A stretch of 64,000 nt of DNA from assembly GCA_963707215.1 (NCBI GenBank), contig CAVPPB010000001.1, positions 416,001 to 480,000 on the forward strand, written 5' to 3'. The translations under genes and the position numbers were made by a program. This DNA comes from an uncultured Chloroflexia bacterium. Lineage in GTDB: Bacteria > Chloroflexota > Limnocylindria > Limnocylindrales > CSP1-4. The notes under the pieces were generated by a model. That model did not search any database, had not been told where the DNA came from, and saw only the letters and a program-made list of their open reading frames with translations. How positions within the stretch are numbered: position 1 is the first letter of the stretch; every line of letters begins with the position of its first letter. Positions 12,262-21,951 of this stretch are shown here, in pieces.

Positions 12262-13959
12262 CTAGCCGTTGACGTCGCGGCGCCGCATCCCCCAGGCGCC
12301 CACCAGGATCCCGCCGACCGCGAGGACCAGGCAGGCGACGATCCCGACGGGGTCGTACTCGCCGATCATCGGCTGGCCGAAGTGGGTCGTGAGGGCGAGC
12401 TGGGCGACCCAGTCCGGCAGCTCGAGCGGCGGGGCGAGCAGGGCGATGAGGAACGTGGCGACGACGAAGAGGGCCACGATCTCCGCCGCGATCGAGCTCC
12501 GCCAGAGCCCGCCGATGGCCACGCCGATGCCGATCAACCCCACGGCATAGATGCCGAGAACGAACGTCCCGACGACCGGCGTCGCGACATCGCCGCCGGC
12601 GAACGCCGAGCCGACGCCGATCCCGATGGCGACCAGCGTGGTCATGACCAGGACAGCGAGGATGGCCCCGATGCCGCCGGCCACGACCCAGCGGGCCGGG
12701 GTCAACGGCGTGACGAGGAGCTCCTCGAGGCGACCGCTGGACTCGTCGGACGCCCAGCGACCCACGAAGGTCGCCGCGGCGAAGCCGATGACGATGATCC
12801 CCATCTCGACGAAGATCAGCTGCAGGAACCAGCCGGACGACGTCATGTCGACCCCGGGGAAGATCGTGGTGAGGATCTCCTCGAACGTCGGGAAGTCGGT
12901 CAGCATCGCCTCCGAGAAGGCCTTGCTGACCGCGGCCATCATGAAGCCGAAGATGCCGATCCCGATGCCCCAGGCGAGCGCTCCGGGCAGCTGGTCGCCG
13001 AACGCGCGGCCCTCGGGACCGCGGAGGCCGAGGGTGGCCTTCGGCAGACCCGGCATCGGGATCCCGGTCATGACGCCGAGATCACGGCGGTTGAAGAGCT
13101 CCACGCCGACCGCGAACAGGACGACCGTGATGACGGCAACGAGGGCCAGCGACGCCCAGTCGTACTGGCCGGCCAGGGCGACGTGGTCGTACGTCCAGTA
13201 GAACCAGGAGATGTTGCCGATCCCCTCGAACGCTGGCACGTAGGGGGCGTAGTTGCCGATCAGGAACATGCCGAGCATCACGGCCCCGGCCACCCCGGCC
13301 GCGCTGGCCCGCCCGACGATCGGCCCGAGGGCGAAGGCGATCGAGCCCGAGATGAGCCCCAGCAGGCCGACCCAGAGGGCGAAGCCGGCGGCCTCCAGCG
13401 GCGAGATGTCGTCCCCGAGGGCCGCGTTGCCGAACACGTTGGACGACACGACGGCAGCCACGGCCATGACCGCCAAGGCGACGACCATGACGGTGACGTG
13501 GGCGGTGAGCTTCTCGAGGGCGATCCGGCGCTTCCCGAAGGGCGCCGCCGCGACGAAGTCGAGGCTGGCCCGGCGAGCCTCACCGGCCAGCGTCGAGGAC
13601 AGCGCCAGGATCGACCAGAGCCCCGCGATGAACACGAAGACCGGGCCGTACTTGTAGGTCAGGAAGCCCCCCATCGTCTCGACTTCCAGCGGGTTGCCGG
13701 CGATGCCAGCCATGATGGGCGGGACCGCCTCGGTGATGGCGACAAGCTCGGCGCGCGCCTCTGGTGTCGAGTAGGTCGTCCCCCAGGCGGTGCCGAGGAC
13801 GAACATCAGGCCGGCGAAGAAGCCGGCCATGATGATGAAGGCGAGCCTCGAGTCGCGGATCGTCTTGCCGTAGATGCTCCCGAACCCGTAGATGCGATGG
13901 CGGAACGGGATGGCGGGGATCGTCGCCCCGCGCGGCGGGAGGTGGGTGTCAACGGCCAT
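12262..13959 (-). CDS. ABC-2 type exporter permease (internally duplicated)
   Basis: Two similar halves (LAGEARRASLD / WASDESSGRLE; RRDL / RRDV), ~12 TM helices; follows ABC ATPase. Confidence 0.85.
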   Translation of the reverse strand: MAVDTHLPPRGATIPAIPFRHRIYGFGSIYGKTIRDSRLAFIIMAGFFAGLMFVLGTAWGTTYSTPEARAELVAITEAVPPIMAGIAGNPLEVETMGGFLTYKYGPVFVFIAGLWSILALSSTLAGEARRASLDFVAAAPFGKRRIALEKLTAHVTVMVVALAVMAVAAVVSSNVFGNAALGDDISPLEAAGFALWVGLLGLISGSIAFALGPIVGRASAAGVAGAVMLGMFLIGNYAPYVPAFEGIGNISWFYWTYDHVALAGQYDWASLALVAVITVVLFAVGVELFNRRDLGVMTGIPMPGLPKATLGLRGPEGRAFGDQLPGALAWGIGIGIFGFMMAAVSKAFSEAMLTDFPTFEEILTTIFPGVDMTSSGWFLQLIFVEMGIIVIGFAAATFVGRWASDESSGRLEELLVTPLTPARWVVAGGIGAILAVLVMTTLVAIGIGVGSAFAGGDVATPVVGTFVLGIYAVGLIGIGVAIGGLWRSSIAAEIVALFVVATFLIALLAPPLELPDWVAQLALTTHFGQPMIGEYDPVGIVACLVLAVGGILVGAWGMRRRDVNG

Positions 13960-14863
13960 CGCCGGTCACCTCCACGGCCTTGCGGCCGTACTGGGCGAGG
14001 AACGTGTCCTCGAGTGATGGCTCGCGACTGGTGAAGTCGAGCAGCTCATAGCGGGCTGCGGCCTGGACGACCGGCCCGATGGGCCCGTTGACCCGGAGCC
14101 GAAGGACGTGGTCGCTGACCTCGACGTCGCTGACCCCGGGCAGCTGCTCGAACTCGGCGGCCGGGACGGGTCCGCTGAACATCAGCTCGACCTGGTGGTG
14201 GGCGAGGTCACGCAGCGCGTCGACCGTGCCCTCGCGGACGATCCTGCCTTCACGGATGATGGCCACCCGGCCGCAGGTCTTCTCGACCTCGCTCAGGATG
14301 TGGCTCGAGAGGAAGACCGTCGTCCCCTCGGCGGCCGTCTCCATGAGGGTCTCGAAGAAGCTCTGCTGGATGAGCGGGTCGAGGCCCGACGTCGGCTCGT
14401 CGAGGATGAGCAGCTCGGGTCGGTGCTGGAGGGCGATGACCAGGCCGACCTTCTGCTTGTTGCCCTTGGAGTACTCCTTGTACCGGCGGGTCGGATCGAG
14501 ATCGAGGCGCTCGATGAGCGCCGCCTGGTAGGTAGGGTCGACGCCACCGCGGAGGTTGGCGAAGTACTCCATCGTCTGCTTCCCGGTCAGCCGGTCGTAC
14601 AGCGCGAACTCACCCGGGATGTAGCCGATCCGGCGATGGATGGAGACCGGGTCCCTCGTGGACTCGATCCCGAACACGAGGGCCTTCCCGCTCGTCGGCT
14701 TGATGAGGTCGAGCATCGTTCGGATCGTCGTCGTCTTGCCAGCCCCGTTCGGGCCCAGGAAGCCGAAGATCTCGCCCGGCTGGACCTCGAGATCCACCTC
14801 GATGATCCCGCGGTGCGCCCCGTACGACTTCGTGAGCTGCTCGGTGGCGATGACGGCGGTCAT
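13949..14863 (-). CDS. ABC exporter ATP-binding protein
   Basis: GPNGAGKTT, YSKGNKQK, LILDEPTSGLD, SSH; real start ATG 14863 inside the longer ORF. Confidence 0.95.
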   Translation of the reverse strand: MTAVIATEQLTKSYGAHRGIIEVDLEVQPGEIFGFLGPNGAGKTTTIRTMLDLIKPTSGKALVFGIESTRDPVSIHRRIGYIPGEFALYDRLTGKQTMEYFANLRGGVDPTYQAALIERLDLDPTRRYKEYSKGNKQKVGLVIALQHRPELLILDEPTSGLDPLIQQSFFETLMETAAEGTTVFLSSHILSEVEKTCGRVAIIREGRIVREGTVDALRDLAHHQVELMFSGPVPAAEFEQLPGVSDVEVSDHVLRLRVNGPIGPVVQAAARYELLDFTSREPSLEDTFLAQYGRKAVEVTGDGR

Positions 14864-15360
14864 GCGACCCCTGCCTTTCGTTCGTCCGACGACACGACGG
14901 TCGCTCGGGTCTGGGTAGCGCGGAACCGCTCCAGCATCGAGGGCAGTTCCTCCTCCATGAATGCGTAGACGTCGCGGAGCTCCTGGACCCGGGCCCGTGC
15001 CGCTTGTGAGCGGTCGCCGAGCATCTCCAGCCCATCGTCGGCGAGTCGCCGCCAGGCGACTGTCGACGGGAGGCGGGACTCGAGGACGGCAACCACCGAT
15101 CCGCGCGGGATGCTGAAGTACTCGCGGCGATCCCTCGGACGGGTCGACCGATGGATCAGGCCGGCCTGCTCCAGGAGTCGGACCATCCCGCTGACCGAGC
15201 CGCGGCTGGCGTGCAGCTCGCCGGCGATCGAGGCGGCCGTCTGCTCGGCGGGGTCGCAGATCAGGAGCCAGCCCCAGATCCGTCCGGCCATCCGGGGCAG
15301 GCCGCTGCCGGACAGCATCGAGCCGACGCGCTCGACGAAGGCAGCCTCCTGGTCCGTCAC
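14860..15360 (-). CDS. GbsR/MarR family transcriptional regulator
   Basis: GLPRMAGRIWGWLL...IAGELHASRGSVS...DRREYF; GTG after GGAGG; first gene of ABC operon. Confidence 0.85.
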   Translation of the reverse strand: MTDQEAAFVERVGSMLSGSGLPRMAGRIWGWLLICDPAEQTAASIAGELHASRGSVSGMVRLLEQAGLIHRSTRPRDRREYFSIPRGSVVAVLESRLPSTVAWRRLADDGLEMLGDRSQAARARVQELRDVYAFMEEELPSMLERFRATQTRATVVSSDERKAGVA

Positions 15361-15416
15361 CCGGGATCCTCCAGTGCGCTCCGTGGCTCGATGTCGACCG
15401 GTCAAGCATGCAGGTT

Positions 15417-15448
15417 CTCGTGATTTCAGTCAATACTGAACTCACGAG
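15417..15448. promoter_or_regulatory. Candidate operator for the GbsR/MarR regulator (14 bp inverted repeat, 4 nt spacer)
   Basis: CTCGTGATTTCAGT-CAAT-ACTGAACTCACGAG, one mismatch, AT-rich, upstream of regulator. Confidence 0.65.
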
Positions 15449-15520
15449 CATCACAGGATGAGCTGAGGCGAGCCGAGGCCTCGGAAGACCGACATATCGT
15501 CGACAGGTGGCGCCCGACCG

Positions 15521-16756
15521 ATGCCGGCCACGCCGGGTCGCCGCCAGCCTGGCCATGGCCATGGCCATGGGCGATACTGCCGGGATGAGCGATCCGAGCC
15601 TCGGAACCGGCGCCGCGCACGACCCGAAGGCGGCCCACCGCCAGGGGCCGACACGGCGACCGACGACCGCCACGGTCATGGCGACGGCGACCACACGCAC
15701 GATGGCGGCCACACGCACGCGCACGATCGCTCCGGCCCGCTCGGGTTCGTCGCCAGGCTCGTCGGGCACAGCCACGACCACGCCGACTCGATCGACGACG
15801 CCCTGACGAGCGATGCCCGGGGCATCCGGGCGGTCAAGCTGTCCCTCGTCGGGCTGGGCGTCACGGCGGTCCTGCAGCTCGTCGTGGTGCTCATCTCGGG
15901 CTCGGTCGCCCTGCTCGCCGACACCGTCCACAACTTCTCGGACGCCCTGACCGCGATCCCGCTCTGGATCGCCTTCGTGCTCGGATCCCGGGCCGCGACG
16001 CGCCGCTACACCTTCGGCTATCGCCGGGCCGAGGACCTCGCCGGGCTCTTCGTCCTGGTCATGATCCTCGGGTCCGCCCTGCTGGCCGGCTACGAGTCCA
16101 TCAGCCGGCTCATCGACCCGGTCACCATCACGAACATCCCGCTCGTCGTCACCGCCGGCGTCATCGGGTTCGCCGGCAACGAGGCCGTCGCCATCTACAG
16201 GATCCGGGTCGGCCGACGGATCGGCTCGGCGGCCCTGGTCGCCGATGGCTACCACGCCCGGACTGACGGCCTCACCTCGCTGGCCGTCGTGTTCGGCGCC
16301 CTCGGCGTCGCACTCGGCTATCCGATCGCCGACCCACTCGTCGGACTGCTCATCACGGTGACGATCCTGTTCGTGCTCCGCCAGGCGACGGGGCAGATGG
16401 TGGCTCGCCTGATGGACGCCATCGAGCCCGAGATCGTCGACCAGGTCGAGGCGACGGTGCGCTCGGTGCCGGAAGTCCAGGACCTGTCCCGCCTGCGGGT
16501 CCGCTGGGTGGGTCACACCCTGGAGGCCTCGATGGCCATCACCGTCGACTGCGACATGACCGTCAGCCGCGGCCACCGGGTCGCCGAGGAGGTCCGCCAC
16601 CGGCTGCTCCACGACGTCGCCCGGCTCGACACGGTCGCGGTCCACGTCAACCCGTGCGACCACTCGGGGGAGGACCCGCACGCCGAGCTGCGTCACCACG
16701 ATGTCCGGGCCGTGGTCGCCGAGCCTCCTACTCCCAGCCGGTCGCCAGCTCCTTGA
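15521..16756 (+). CDS. Cation diffusion facilitator (Zn/Co/Cd-type) with His-rich N-terminus
   Basis: SGSVALLADTVHNFSD, YTFGYRRAE, ADGYHARTD, VHVNP; start uncertain (ATG 15585 plus possible frameshift ~15645). Confidence 0.9.
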   Translation: MPATPGRRQPGHGHGHGRYCRDERSEPRNRRRARPEGGPPPGADTATDDRHGHGDGDHTHDGGHTHAHDRSGPLGFVARLVGHSHDHADSIDDALTSDARGIRAVKLSLVGLGVTAVLQLVVVLISGSVALLADTVHNFSDALTAIPLWIAFVLGSRAATRRYTFGYRRAEDLAGLFVLVMILGSALLAGYESISRLIDPVTITNIPLVVTAGVIGFAGNEAVAIYRIRVGRRIGSAALVADGYHARTDGLTSLAVVFGALGVALGYPIADPLVGLLITVTILFVLRQATGQMVARLMDAIEPEIVDQVEATVRSVPEVQDLSRLRVRWVGHTLEASMAITVDCDMTVSRGHRVAEEVRHRLLHDVARLDTVAVHVNPCDHSGEDPHAELRHHDVRAVVAEPPTPSRSPAP

Positions 16757-17888
16757 CGGCTCGACGGTCCCGTCGACGGACCAGCCAGACCGCGGCGGCC
16801 GTGGTCAGCGGAACGGCGGCCACGATGCCCAGGCTGCCGACGAGCGCCCTCACGATCTCGATCGCGACGATCTCGCCGGAGACGATCTCGAGGACACCCT
16901 GGCGGCCCGCAGCGAGAAGTACGAGCAGCGGCAGAGCAGCCCCGACGTAGGCCAGGACGAGCGTGTTCACGGTGGCGGCGATGTGCGAGCGGCCGACGTT
17001 GAGCGAGCGGCCAAAGAGGTCCCGGGACCCCAGCTTCGGATCGGCCTCATGGAGCTCGTGGACGGTCGCCGCCTGGGTGATGGTGACGTCGTCGAGCACG
17101 CCGAGGGCTCCGAGGATGACGGCGGCGAGAAGGAGACCACCGAGATCGAGCTCGATGCCCAGCAGGCTCTCGATGAACAGGGCGTCCTCCGACCCCTGCG
17201 CCGATGTGAACTCGGCCAGGGCGGTCGCGGCCACGGCCAGGCCGGCCGTCAGGCTCAGGGCCGCGAACGTGCCCAAGGCCGCGGCCAGGGTGGTCGGCCG
17301 CCAGCCCTCGGTCAGCAGCAGCGTCACCAGGGTGATCGCCGTGGCGCAGGCGACCGCCAGCAGCACCGGTTCCCAGCCGGCCAGGATCAGCGGCAGCAGG
17401 ACCTTGATGACGATGACCAGGGTCAGGGCGAGGGCCAGCAGCGAGCGGATCCCCCGCCAGCCGCCGACGACGGCGACGGCAAGGGCGAACATCGCCACCA
17501 GGCCGCCGATCGCCGGGATCCGCCAGCGATCCGACACCGCCACGAACGACCCGTCGGGCTGGGCCGTCAGCGACACGATGATCTCGTCGCCGACCGCGTA
17601 GTCCGGTACCTCGATCTGCCCGGACGGTCCCTGGAGGTACCCCTCGCGGGTCTCGCCGCGATGCGGGCCGCTCAGGACCTCGACCACCACCTCCGGGCCG
17701 GTCCCGTCGTCCCCGGCATCCAGGAACTCGACGATCCGACCGTGGGCCAGCTCGATCGGCGGGGCCGACGTGGGCGGCGGCGCGAGGTCGGGCAGGAGCA
17801 GGATGACGACGAGGACGGCCGTCCCGCCCAGGATCGCCCCGAGGTTCTGGCGCAGGCCCGACTCGAGGCGCCCGAGGACCGAGCTCAT
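16728..17888 (-). CDS. YibE/F family membrane protein
   Basis: LGALGVLDDVTITQA, VGRSHIAATVNTLVLAYVG, GLVAAVPLTT-like motif. Confidence 0.9.
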   Translation of the reverse strand: MSSVLGRLESGLRQNLGAILGGTAVLVVILLLPDLAPPPTSAPPIELAHGRIVEFLDAGDDGTGPEVVVEVLSGPHRGETREGYLQGPSGQIEVPDYAVGDEIIVSLTAQPDGSFVAVSDRWRIPAIGGLVAMFALAVAVVGGWRGIRSLLALALTLVIVIKVLLPLILAGWEPVLLAVACATAITLVTLLLTEGWRPTTLAAALGTFAALSLTAGLAVAATALAEFTSAQGSEDALFIESLLGIELDLGGLLLAAVILGALGVLDDVTITQAATVHELHEADPKLGSRDLFGRSLNVGRSHIAATVNTLVLAYVGAALPLLVLLAAGRQGVLEIVSGEIVAIEIVRALVGSLGIVAAVPLTTAAAVWLVRRRDRRAVKELATGWE

Positions 17889-17898
17889 CTGCCGCCCG

Positions 17899-18870
17899 TC
17901 AGACGCCGATCGGATGCCAGACCGTCTTCATCTCGAGGAAGGTGGCGATCCACTCGGGCCGCTCGGCGGCTCGATCGTCCAGCCAGTCGAAGCGGTCCTC
18001 GCGCTGGGCCGTCGGCCGGTGAGCGACGCGCTTGATCGTCTCGGCGGCAGCAAGCTCGGCGTCGACGACCAGCTCGTCGGGGGCACCCCACAGGTCGATG
18101 CCGTCGACGTCGCCATGGGCCGCCAGGATCGGCACCAGCTCGCGGCGGAAGCCGGTCAGGACGTTGACGACGCCGGCCGGCACGTCGGATGTCGCCAGGA
18201 CCTCGGTCAGGCTGATCGCGGGCAGCGGGCGCGTCTCGGACGCCAGGACGACCGTCGCGTTGCCGGCCACCAGCACCGGGGCGAGCCGACTCACCAGGCC
18301 GAGCAGCGACGAGGTCTCGGGGGCGACGATCCCGATCAGGCCGGTCGCCTCGGGGATCGTGAAGTCGAAGTAGGGGGCGGCGACCGGGTTGGACGAGCCG
18401 AGGATCTGGGCGATCTTGTCCGCCCAGCCGGCATACCAGACCCAGCGGTCGATCGAGCGGTCCACGAGCGCGGCTGCCCGGTCAGTCGAGCAGCCCTCGG
18501 CGGCGGCGACCTCGGCAACGAACTGGTCCCGCCGTCCCTCCATGAGCTCGGCGACCCGGTAGAGGATCTGGCCGCGGTTCATGGCGGTGCGATCGGCCCA
18601 TGCGTCGGTCGCCTTGCGGGCCACACGAACGGCGTCGCGGAGGTCCTTGCGTGATGCCCGGCAGGCATTGGCCAGCGGCGTGCCGCCGGGATCGCGGACG
18701 ACGTACGAACGACCGGACTCGGAGCGCGGGAACTGGCCGCCGACGTAGAGCTTGTAGGTCTTGCGGACCTCGATCCTGGGGGCCGGCGCGGCCTCGGCCT
18801 GGGCCTTCCGGGCGACCGCCCGGCCTTCGGCGGCGCGTGCAGCGGTGGTCGATCTCTCCCGGCTCGGCAC
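17899..18870 (-). CDS. Short aldehyde-dehydrogenase-like protein lacking the catalytic domain
   Basis: KTYKLYVGGQFPRSESGR, WYAGWADK, GVVNVLTG, ends EMKTVWHP; no ELGGK or catalytic Cys block. Confidence 0.85.
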   Translation of the reverse strand: MPSRERSTTAARAAEGRAVARKAQAEAAPAPRIEVRKTYKLYVGGQFPRSESGRSYVVRDPGGTPLANACRASRKDLRDAVRVARKATDAWADRTAMNRGQILYRVAELMEGRRDQFVAEVAAAEGCSTDRAAALVDRSIDRWVWYAGWADKIAQILGSSNPVAAPYFDFTIPEATGLIGIVAPETSSLLGLVSRLAPVLVAGNATVVLASETRPLPAISLTEVLATSDVPAGVVNVLTGFRRELVPILAAHGDVDGIDLWGAPDELVVDAELAAAETIKRVAHRPTAQREDRFDWLDDRAAERPEWIATFLEMKTVWHPIGV

Positions 18871-20394
18871 CTAGCGGTCCTCCAGCCGGACGTAGGCCAG
18901 GAGGCCGTGGAGGCCGCCCTCGCGCCCGAAGCCGGACTCTTTGTAGCCACCGAAGGGGCTCGTCGGATCGAACTTGTTGAACGTGTTGGCCCAGACGACG
19001 CCGGCCTTCATCCGCCGGGCCATCTCGAGGATCCGGCTCCCCTTCTCCGTCCAGATGCCGGCCGACAGCCCGTAGGCGGTGTTGTTCGCCTTCTCGACGG
19101 CCTCGTCGGGCGTCCGGAAGGTCAGCACCGACAGGACCGGGCCGAAGATCTCCTCGCGGGCGATGCGGTGGCTGAGGGCCACGTTGGTGAACATCGTCGG
19201 CCGGAAGAACCAGCCCCGGTCGGGCAGCTCGCAGGCCGGCTGGTAGAGCTCGGCGCCCTCCGCGACACCCGATTCGACGAGCTCGGTGATCCGCTCGAGC
19301 TGCTGTTTCGAGTTGATCGCCCCGACGTCGGTGTTCTTGTCGAGCGGATCGCCGACCCGCAGGGTCGCCAGGCGATCCTTGAGCTTGTCGATGAGCGGCG
19401 CGGCGATCGATTCCTGGACCAGCAGGCGGGAGCCGGCACAGCAGACCTCGCCCTGGTTGAAGTAGATCCCGTTGACGATGCCCTCTACGGCCTGATCGAG
19501 GGCCGCGTCCTCGAAGACGATGTTGGCGGCCTTCCCGCCGAGCTCCAGGGTCAGGGCCTTGTCGGTGCCGGCGACGGCCCGCTGGATCGTTCGTCCCACC
19601 TCGGTCGAGCCGGTGAAGGCGACCTTGTCGATCCGCGGATGGGCCGCGAGGTGAGCGCCGATGCTGCCCGGCCCGGTGACGATGTTGACGACGCCCGGAG
19701 GGAGGTCGGCCTGCCGGCAGACGTCGGCGAACAGCAGGGCCGTGAGCGGGGTCGTGCTGGCGGGCTTCAGTACCACCGTGTTGCCGGCCGCGATCGCCGG
19801 GGCGATCTTCCAGGCCAGCATGAGGAGCGGGAAGTTCCAGGGGATGATCTGGCCGGCGACCCCCAGCGGCCGAGCCACCCGACCGGGGAACGCGTACTCG
19901 AGCTTGTCGGCCCAGCCGGCGTAGTACCAGAAGTGCGCGGCGACGAGCGGGATGTCGACGTCGCGGCTCTCCTTGATGGGCTTGCCCGTGTCCATCGACT
20001 CGAGGACCGCGAACTCACGGCTGCGCTCCTGGAGGATGCGGGCGATCCGGAAGAGGTACTTGGCCCGCTCCTTGCCGGCCAGCGACGCCCATCGGCGCTG
20101 CGCACGGCGGGCCGAACGGACGGCCCGGTCGACGTCGGCAGCATCCGCCCGGGCCACCGCCGCGAGCGGCTCCTCGGTCGACGGGTCGACCGTCAGGAAG
20201 GTCTCGCCGCTGGCAGCCGGGACCTCGCGCCCGCCGATGAAGAGGCCGTAGCGGTCCTTGAGCCGGACGACGTCGCGCGCCTCGGGGGCTGGCGCGTATT
20301 CCCAGGGGATCGCCTGGCCGTCACCGAGACCCCACGACGAAGGGGCTCGCCCGCCGGCGGTCGTGAGGGCGCGGTCGGGGGATTGGGTGGTCAT
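18871..20394 (-). CDS. NAD-dependent aldehyde dehydrogenase
   Basis: IIPWNFP, FTGSTEVG, LELGGK, NQGEVCCAGSR, EEIFGPV, PFGGYKESGFG. Confidence 0.96.
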   Translation of the reverse strand: MTTQSPDRALTTAGGRAPSSWGLGDGQAIPWEYAPAPEARDVVRLKDRYGLFIGGREVPAASGETFLTVDPSTEEPLAAVARADAADVDRAVRSARRAQRRWASLAGKERAKYLFRIARILQERSREFAVLESMDTGKPIKESRDVDIPLVAAHFWYYAGWADKLEYAFPGRVARPLGVAGQIIPWNFPLLMLAWKIAPAIAAGNTVVLKPASTTPLTALLFADVCRQADLPPGVVNIVTGPGSIGAHLAAHPRIDKVAFTGSTEVGRTIQRAVAGTDKALTLELGGKAANIVFEDAALDQAVEGIVNGIYFNQGEVCCAGSRLLVQESIAAPLIDKLKDRLATLRVGDPLDKNTDVGAINSKQQLERITELVESGVAEGAELYQPACELPDRGWFFRPTMFTNVALSHRIAREEIFGPVLSVLTFRTPDEAVEKANNTAYGLSAGIWTEKGSRILEMARRMKAGVVWANTFNKFDPTSPFGGYKESGFGREGGLHGLLAYVRLEDR

Positions 20395-20476
20395 CGCGGG
20401 CCATTATGGCACCCGGCCCAGACGGTGCAGACCCGGGCGCCGTCCGGGCGCGGCCCAAGCGCGGCATCATCAAGCG

Positions 20477-21115
20477 ATGAACGGACCGACAACGATCACC
20501 TTGGTCGTGGCGATCGCCATCGCCGCCGTCGACTGGTGGGCGGTGGCGTCCACCCGGAGCGGCCTCGAGCGGGTCGCGAAGCCAGCGGTGATGGCCGCCC
20601 TGGTCCTCGCCGCGCTGACGACCGACCCGACCGTGAGCGAGCCGGTCCGCATCCTCGTCGTGGTCGCCCTCGCCGCATCGCTTGTCGGCGACGTCCTGTT
20701 GCTGCCGGGTGGATCGCTGGTCGGCGGTCTGGTCGCGTTCGCCGGCGCCCAGCTCGCCTACGGGGCGTCATTCGCACTGCGCGACCCCGCGCCGCCCGCT
20801 GTCGTCGCAGGGATCGTCGTCGGCGCGATCGTGGCTGCGACGGTCGGGCGCACGATCCTTGCCGGCGCGCCGCGCCCGCTCCGGCCGGCCGTCGCCGGCT
20901 ACCTGGTGGTGATCCTGGGCATGGCCGGTCTCGCCACCGGCTCGCTCGTGCCGGCCGCCGTCGTCGGCGCCTGGCTGTTCGTCGCCTCCGACACCATGCT
21001 CGGATGGGCGCTGTTCGTCGCGCCCATCGGTGTCGAACGACCTCGGCGGCGTGCTGCGGTGATGGCCATCTACCACGTCGCCCAGGTGCTGCTCGTCCTC
21101 TCGATCGCGGTCTGA
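20477..21115 (+). CDS. YhhN-like lysoplasmalogenase family membrane protein
   Basis: AKP, SLVGDVLL, GAWLFVASD, VMAIYHVAQ. Confidence 0.8.
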   Translation: MNGPTTITLVVAIAIAAVDWWAVASTRSGLERVAKPAVMAALVLAALTTDPTVSEPVRILVVVALAASLVGDVLLLPGGSLVGGLVAFAGAQLAYGASFALRDPAPPAVVAGIVVGAIVAATVGRTILAGAPRPLRPAVAGYLVVILGMAGLATGSLVPAAVVGAWLFVASDTMLGWALFVAPIGVERPRRRAAVMAIYHVAQVLLVLSIAV

Positions 21116-21186
21116 CGTGGCCGGCTCGGGATCGAACGGCCGCGGCCGGGGAGCCAGGCCCGACCGCCGGGACCGCGGTCCGGGGA

Positions 21187-21951
21187 TCAGCCGATGGCGA
21201 AGACGACCACGACCTGGACCATGACCTCGGTCGTGCCCGGCATGATCGGCACGGCGCCGTCGGCCGCCGCAAGCTCCCGGAAGATCGGCGCAGGCGGCGT
21301 GGCAGCCGTCTCGACGATCGAGATCGGTGCCCCGAGCCCGACGCCTGCGGCCGCGGCCAGGGCCTCGGCCCGGCGCTCGGCGTCGGCGACCGCGGCCTTG
21401 CGGGCCTCATCGGTCGCCTTCGTCGGATCGGCGACACTGAACGCCACGCCGCTCACGGTGGTCGCGCCGGCGGTGACAGCGGAATCGATGAGGACTCCGG
21501 TGTCGTCGATCTCGCGGACCGTGACGGTGAGCTGCTCGCTCGCCCCGTAGCCGACCAGCCGCGGAGCCTGGCCCTCGCGACTGTAGTCGTAGACCGGCGC
21601 CAGCGAGACGTTCGACGTCCGGAGGTCCCGCTCGGCGACGCCCTTGGAGCGCAGCGCGGCGATGACGGCCTCCATCTTCACGCCCGCATCGGCCAGGGCA
21701 GCCGTAGCCGAGTCGGCCTGGAGCTCGACCCCGACCGAGAACGACGCTTCGTCAGGGATGGCGATGACGTTCGCCGTGCCGGTGGCGGTGATCCCGCTGA
21801 CCGGATCGCCAGGTGCCCCCGGTGCCGGCGGCTGCGCCGGGACGGTGGAGATCGGCCGGGCCAGGACCGACGGCGCGATGAGCGCCATCGCTCCGACGGC
21901 GAGGGCGACGACGGCGATGAGGCGGGTGGATGGCTGGCGGTTCTCGGACAT
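21187..21951 (-). CDS. SIMPL (DUF541) domain secreted protein
   Basis: Signal peptide; GTANVIAIPD, LRTSNVSLAPVYDY, ARKAAVADAERRAEALA. Confidence 0.9.
   Translation of the reverse strand: MSENRQPSTRLIAVVALAVGAMALIAPSVLARPISTVPAQPPAPGAPGDPVSGITATGTANVIAIPDEASFSVGVELQADSATAALADAGVKMEAVIAALRSKGVAERDLRTSNVSLAPVYDYSREGQAPRLVGYGASEQLTVTVREIDDTGVLIDSAVTAGATTVSGVAFSVADPTKATDEARKAAVADAERRAEALAAAAGVGLGAPISIVETAATPPAPIFRELAAADGAVPIMPGTTEVMVQVVVVFAIG

Noticed and set aside
13949-16699. 916-aa ORF with C-terminal ABC ATPase
   Set aside because: The N-terminal part is antisense to the CDF and off-frame to the regulator; the real start is 14863.
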